Shown here: piece by piece, positions 60,313-64,000 of the stretch
Numbering within the stretch: the first letter of the stretch is position 1
How the letters are laid out: every line of letters starts with the position of its first letter
DNA from: an uncultured Gemmatimonadales bacterium
GTDB taxonomy: Bacteria > Gemmatimonadota > Gemmatimonadetes > Longimicrobiales > RSA9
Length of the DNA stretch: 64,000 nucleotides
NCBI GenBank assembly: GCA_963708135.1
Contig: OY970192.1
Location: 3,488,001 to 3,552,000, forward strand
Direction: 5' to 3'
Notes under the pieces: model-generated
What the model saw: only the letters and a program-made list of their open reading frames with translations
The model's database searches: none
Told to the model about the DNA's origin: nothing
Translations under genes and position numbers: made by a program

Positions 60313-61197
60313 TCACCGCCTGCGTCCCGTGCCGAGTCGTTTCCATCTCGCGCCGGGCGACGTGCGAGGCGCGGCGGTGAGGCGCAGCACCGCCACCTCG
60401 GGGCGCGCGAGGAAGCGGATCGGCAGGTGCACCGTGCCCACGCCGCGCGAGGTGTAGACCTGGGTCCACGGCCGCCGGCGCAGCCCGGCGGCGTAGAGGT
60501 TCGGGTTCTCCGCGGAGCTCAGGGGCGCGCCCAGGAGCGGCAGCTGCACCTGGCCGCCGTGCGTGTGGCCGCTCACGATCAGGTCCACGGCATCGGAGGC
60601 GCGGCGCAGCCGCTCGGCCTGGTCGGGCCCATGGGCGAGAAGCAGCGTGAAATCCCGGCCCGAGGGGCGCGGCAGGAAGTCGAGCCGCGGGCTGCCGGCG
60701 TAGAAGTCGTCGACTCCCGCGATGCAGAGCCGGACGCCCTCGACCGAGCGGAGCACCGCCGCGTTCACCAGCGGCGTGATCCCCTCCGCGCCGGCGAACT
60801 GTCGCCGCCAGAGATCGATCCCGATCCGATGGTCGTGGTTGCCGGGGACGGCGTAAACGCCGAGGGGCGCGCGCAGGCCCTCGAGCGCCTGGAGCACGCG
60901 GGCGAAGTCCGGCTCGTGGTCGGCGGCGAAATCTCCGGTGAGGGCGATGATGTGCGGCCGCTCGGCCATGGTGCGGCGGACGGCCTCCCGCACCCGGGCG
61001 AGCGAGCGGCGGCTCCCGGCATGGAGATCGGTCAGCAGCGCCACGCGCAGGCCCTCGAGTGGCGCCGGCAGGTCGCGCAGGTGTATGCGCGGGCGGGTCG
61101 TTTGGAGCCAGCGCGGCTCGATGGCGACGGCGTAGGCGAGCGTGCCGGCGAGAAGTCCAGCGCCGGCGCCGGCAAGGATCCAACCGGAGCGCTTCAT
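60313..61197 (-). CDS. Metallophosphoesterase (YkuE/YaeI-like)
   Basis: TDLH, TGDF, GNHD, SGHTHGGQ. Confidence 0.93.
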   Translation of the reverse strand: MKRSGWILAGAGAGLLAGTLAYAVAIEPRWLQTTRPRIHLRDLPAPLEGLRVALLTDLHAGSRRSLARVREAVRRTMAERPHIIALTGDFAADHEPDFARVLQALEGLRAPLGVYAVPGNHDHRIGIDLWRRQFAGAEGITPLVNAAVLRSVEGVRLCIAGVDDFYAGSPRLDFLPRPSGRDFTLLLAHGPDQAERLRRASDAVDLIVSGHTHGGQVQLPLLGAPLSSAENPNLYAAGLRRRPWTQVYTSRGVGTVHLPIRFLARPEVAVLRLTAAPRTSPGARWKRLGTGRRR

Positions 61198-61209
61198 GCC
61201 CGGGTGGGG

Positions 61210-61225
61210 CGCAATCGGCGGGCCA
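61210..61225 (-). promoter_or_regulatory. Putative sigma54 promoter, possibly giving a leaderless mRNA
   Basis: TGGCCCG-CCGA-TTGCG ending 13 nt before ATG 61197. Confidence 0.55.
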
Positions 61226-61263
61226 CCCGCGCGTCGCGATCCCGCCGTCCCGCCCGGGCGGAT

Positions 61264-62250
61264 CTACCCGTTCAGGGCAGACATGGACGACTCGGGATAG
61301 CGGCTCCCCGCGGCGGCTCCCGGCGGCATCACGTCATCGAGCCGCGCGAGGTCGTCTCCGGCGAGCCGCACGTCCACGGCCGCGGCGTTCTGCTCCAGGT
61401 AGCGCCGGTGCTTCGTGCCGGGGATCGGGACGATGTCCGGCCCGCGCGCGAGGAGCCACGCGAGCGCGAGCTGTGCGGGCGCGACGCCCTTCTCTGCGGC
61501 GATCGCCTCGACGCGCGCCACGAGGTCGAGGTTCTTCCGGAAGTTCTCGCCCTGGAACCGGGGGTTGTTGCGGCGCCAGTCGTCGGGAGCGAGGTCGTCG
61601 GGGGTGCGGAAGCGTCCGGTCAGGAACCCGCGGCCGAGCGGGCTGTAGGCGACGAACCCGATCCCGAGCTCGCGCACGACCGACAGGATCTCGTCCTCTG
61701 GATCCCGGGTCCAGAGCGAGTACTCGGTCTGGAGCGCCGTGATCGGGTGTACGCCGTGGGCGCGGCGGATCGTCTCCGGCGCCGCCTCGGAGAGGCCGAG
61801 GAAGCGGACCTTCCCCGCCTCGACGAGCCGGCTCATGGCACCCACGGTCTCCTCGATCGGCACGTCCGGATCGACGCGGTGCTGGTAGTAGAGGTCGATG
61901 TGGTCCATGCCCAGGCGGCCGAGGGAGGCATCGCAGGCGGAGCGGACGTAGGCGGGGCGTCCGTTCACGCCCATGAACTCGCCGCCGGGTCCACGCTGGT
62001 TGCCGAACTTGGTGGCCAGCTGCACCTCGGCGCGGCGGCCGCGGATGGCGCGACCGACGAGCTCCTCGTTCCGGAACGGCCCGTAGGCATCGGCCGTGTC
62101 GAGGAACGTGATCCCCAGATCGAACGCGCGATGGATCGTCCCGATCGACTCCGCGTCCTCGCGCGGGCCATAGAATTCGGACATGCCCATGCAGCCGAGC
62201 CCGACCCGCGAGACGTCGAGCCCTTCCCTGCCCAGCTTCACTCTCTCCAC
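61264..62250 (-). CDS. Aldo/keto reductase
   Basis: [27 protein letters not shown]. Confidence 0.95.
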   Translation of the reverse strand: MERVKLGREGLDVSRVGLGCMGMSEFYGPREDAESIGTIHRAFDLGITFLDTADAYGPFRNEELVGRAIRGRRAEVQLATKFGNQRGPGGEFMGVNGRPAYVRSACDASLGRLGMDHIDLYYQHRVDPDVPIEETVGAMSRLVEAGKVRFLGLSEAAPETIRRAHGVHPITALQTEYSLWTRDPEDEILSVVRELGIGFVAYSPLGRGFLTGRFRTPDDLAPDDWRRNNPRFQGENFRKNLDLVARVEAIAAEKGVAPAQLALAWLLARGPDIVPIPGTKHRRYLEQNAAAVDVRLAGDDLARLDDVMPPGAAAGSRYPESSMSALNG

Positions 62251-62330
62251 GGCCGCCTCCGCGCTTCCATATCTCGCCCCCGACCGCTACCGGCGGAGCC
62301 GGCGTCCGGCCCATGCGCGCCGTCCATCCC

Positions 62331-62753
62331 TCACTCTCGGCAGCAGCGATCGAACGCGGCGGTGAGGTCGGCCGCAATGTCCTCGGGAGAGCGCGTCTCG
62401 ATGTCCCGCCGCTCGAGCGCGAACACCACCTCGCCGCCCTTCATCAGGAAGACGGACGGCGAGGACGGAGGGTAGCCGACGAAGTACTCGCGGGCGCGCG
62501 CTGTCGCCTCGAGATCCTGCCCGGCGAACACCGTGGCGAAGACGTCCGGCAGCGTCCCGTTCCGCAGCGCCAGCGCCACCGCGGGGCGCATCCGGCCCGA
62601 CGCGCAGCCGCACACGGAGTTGACGGCCACGGCGACGGTGCCCGCGCACCCGGCCAGCACCTCGTCCACCTCCTCCGGCGTGCGCAGCTCCCGCACGCCA
62701 TGGCGGGTCAGCTCCTGGCGCATCGGTGCGATCATCATCTCGTGAAACGGCAT
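62331..62753 (-). CDS. BrxA/BrxB-family bacilliredoxin
   Basis: NSVCGCA, TVFAGQD, PPSSPS; RBS GGGAGG. Confidence 0.92.
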   Translation of the reverse strand: MPFHEMMIAPMRQELTRHGVRELRTPEEVDEVLAGCAGTVAVAVNSVCGCASGRMRPAVALALRNGTLPDVFATVFAGQDLEATARAREYFVGYPPSSPSVFLMKGGEVVFALERRDIETRSPEDIAADLTAAFDRCCRE

Positions 62754-62844
62754 GCCTCCCCCTCGGCTTCGTTGGTCCACGGCCTCCATAAGAGAGGGGT
62801 TGTCCCCCGGTCGGCGCAACGTGAGGTTCAGGGCATCGACCGCC

Positions 62845-64000
62845 ATGCACAGCACGCGCCCGCTGCCCTCGCCACCCCGGCGGAACCCCGACCGCCTGCG
62901 CCCCCGCCGCGCCGACCTGGCCGCGACGATGCGCCTCGCCACGCCGATCGTCGTCGTGCAGGTCGGGCTCATGGCGATGGGCGTCCTCGACACGATCATG
63001 GTGGGCCACGTCTCTGCCGCCGCCCTGGCCGCGGTGGCACTCGGCAACCTCTATTTCGTGGGGCCCGCCATCTTCGGCCAGGGCCTGCTCATGGCGCTGG
63101 ATCCGGTCATCTCCCAGGCCGTCGGCGCCGAGGACGCGGCCGGCGTGGCGCGCGGGCTCCAGCGGGGCATGATCCTCTCCCTCGCCATAGCCGCCCTGCT
63201 CACCGTCGTGCTCCTTCCGGCGGGACCCGTGTTCCGCGCGCTGCACCAGCCCGCCGACGTGGTGCCGTGGGCCGCCGGCTACGTGCTCGCCGTCATCCCC
63301 GGCGCGTTCCCCTTCATGGGCTTCGTGGTCCTGCGCCAGACGCTGCAGGCCATGGGCCGGACTGCCGCCATCCTGGCCGCCATCGTCGGAGCCAACCTGG
63401 TCAACGCCGGCCTCAACTGGGTGCTGATCTACGGCCACCTCGGCGCCCCCGCCATGGGCGCCGTGGGTTCGGCCTGGGCCTCCACCGCTTCGCGCTGGCT
63501 CATGTTCCTGGCCCTGCTCGCGCTCGCCTGGCGCCGGCTCGGACCGTACCTCCGGGCGTCCCACCCCGAGGTGCTGCGCGGCGCGCCCTTCCGCCGCATG
63601 CTCCGACTCGGCCTGCCGATCGGCATCACCATGTTCCTCGAATACTCCGCCTTCGCCGCGATCGCCCTGCTCATGGGGCTGCTCGGCACGGTCCCCATGG
63701 CCGGACACCAGGTCGCCCTGAACCTCGCCTCCACCAGCTTCATGGTCCCGCTCGGCATCTCGGGAACCGCCGCCGTGCTCGTCGGGCAGGCCATCGGCCG
63801 CGCCGACGACGACGCCGCGCGTCGCTTCGCCCTCGCCGCCCTCCTGTGCGGCGCCGCCTTCATGCTCGCGAGCGCCCTCGCCTTCCTCGCCGCGCCCACC
63901 TTCCTCGCCCGCATCTTCACCAATGACCCCGCCGTGCTCGCCGTGGCGACCTCGCTCATCCCGATCGCCGGCGTCTTCCAGGTCTTCGACGGGCTCCAGG
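62845..64000 (+). CDS. MATE-family efflux transporter (runs off the window)
   Basis: Open frame from 62845: RLATPIVVVQVG..DTIMVGH, QAVGA, LGLPIG, AGHQVALN, FQVFDGLQ. Confidence 0.92.
   Translation, partial: MHSTRPLPSPPRRNPDRLRPRRADLAATMRLATPIVVVQVGLMAMGVLDTIMVGHVSAAALAAVALGNLYFVGPAIFGQGLLMALDPVISQAVGAEDAAGVARGLQRGMILSLAIAALLTVVLLPAGPVFRALHQPADVVPWAAGYVLAVIPGAFPFMGFVVLRQTLQAMGRTAAILAAIVGANLVNAGLNWVLIYGHLGAPAMGAVGSAWASTASRWLMFLALLALAWRRLGPYLRASHPEVLRGAPFRRMLRLGLPIGITMFLEYSAFAAIALLMGLLGTVPMAGHQVALNLASTSFMVPLGISGTAAVLVGQAIGRADDDAARRFALAALLCGAAFMLASALAFLAAPTFLARIFTNDPAVLAVATSLIPIAGVFQVFDGLQ

Noticed and set aside
62313..63926. 537-aa Arg/Pro-rich ORF in the track
   Set aside because: Wrong frame; the real gene is the MATE transporter starting at 62845, absent from the track because it has no stop inside the window

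Overview
High-GC, gene-dense bacterial chromosomal segment, probably Gemmatimonadota (inferred from gene content and several lineage-typical hypothetical proteins; not verified by search). About 65 CDS. Replication and repair: recF-dciA-gyrB without dnaA/dnaN, and ssb. Metabolism: fatty-acid/CoA enzymes, an M16 peptidase, a GT4 plus deacetylase pair, GGT. Signalling: a CdaZ/DacZ-like diadenylate cyclase, a sigma54 response regulator, a NarL-type two-component pair, and an ECF sigma/anti-sigma/2x DUF4097 operon. Also a cytochrome c plus cupredoxin-like lipoprotein pair, TPR proteins, a stand-alone PBP2, TerC, a PadR-csp-infA-short rho cluster, a pstCAB-pstS-porin phosphate locus, a broken erythromycin-esterase-family gene, a bacilliredoxin and a MATE transporter that runs off the right edge. 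No rRNA, tRNA, CRISPR array or mobile element was recognised. Main signals: (1) about 11 sigma54-type -24/-12 motifs, several in front of small genes from families often seen in stress regulons; (2) a csp + out-of-context IF1 + N-terminally short Rho cluster; (3) two divergent uncharacterised proteins sharing an unnamed domain around a small putative regulator and an AT-rich palindrome; (4) a cupredoxin with a non-canonical metal loop coupled to cytochrome c; (5) 11-bp-periodic Pho-box-like repeats. All calls were made by eye from motifs, and several start codons are best guesses.
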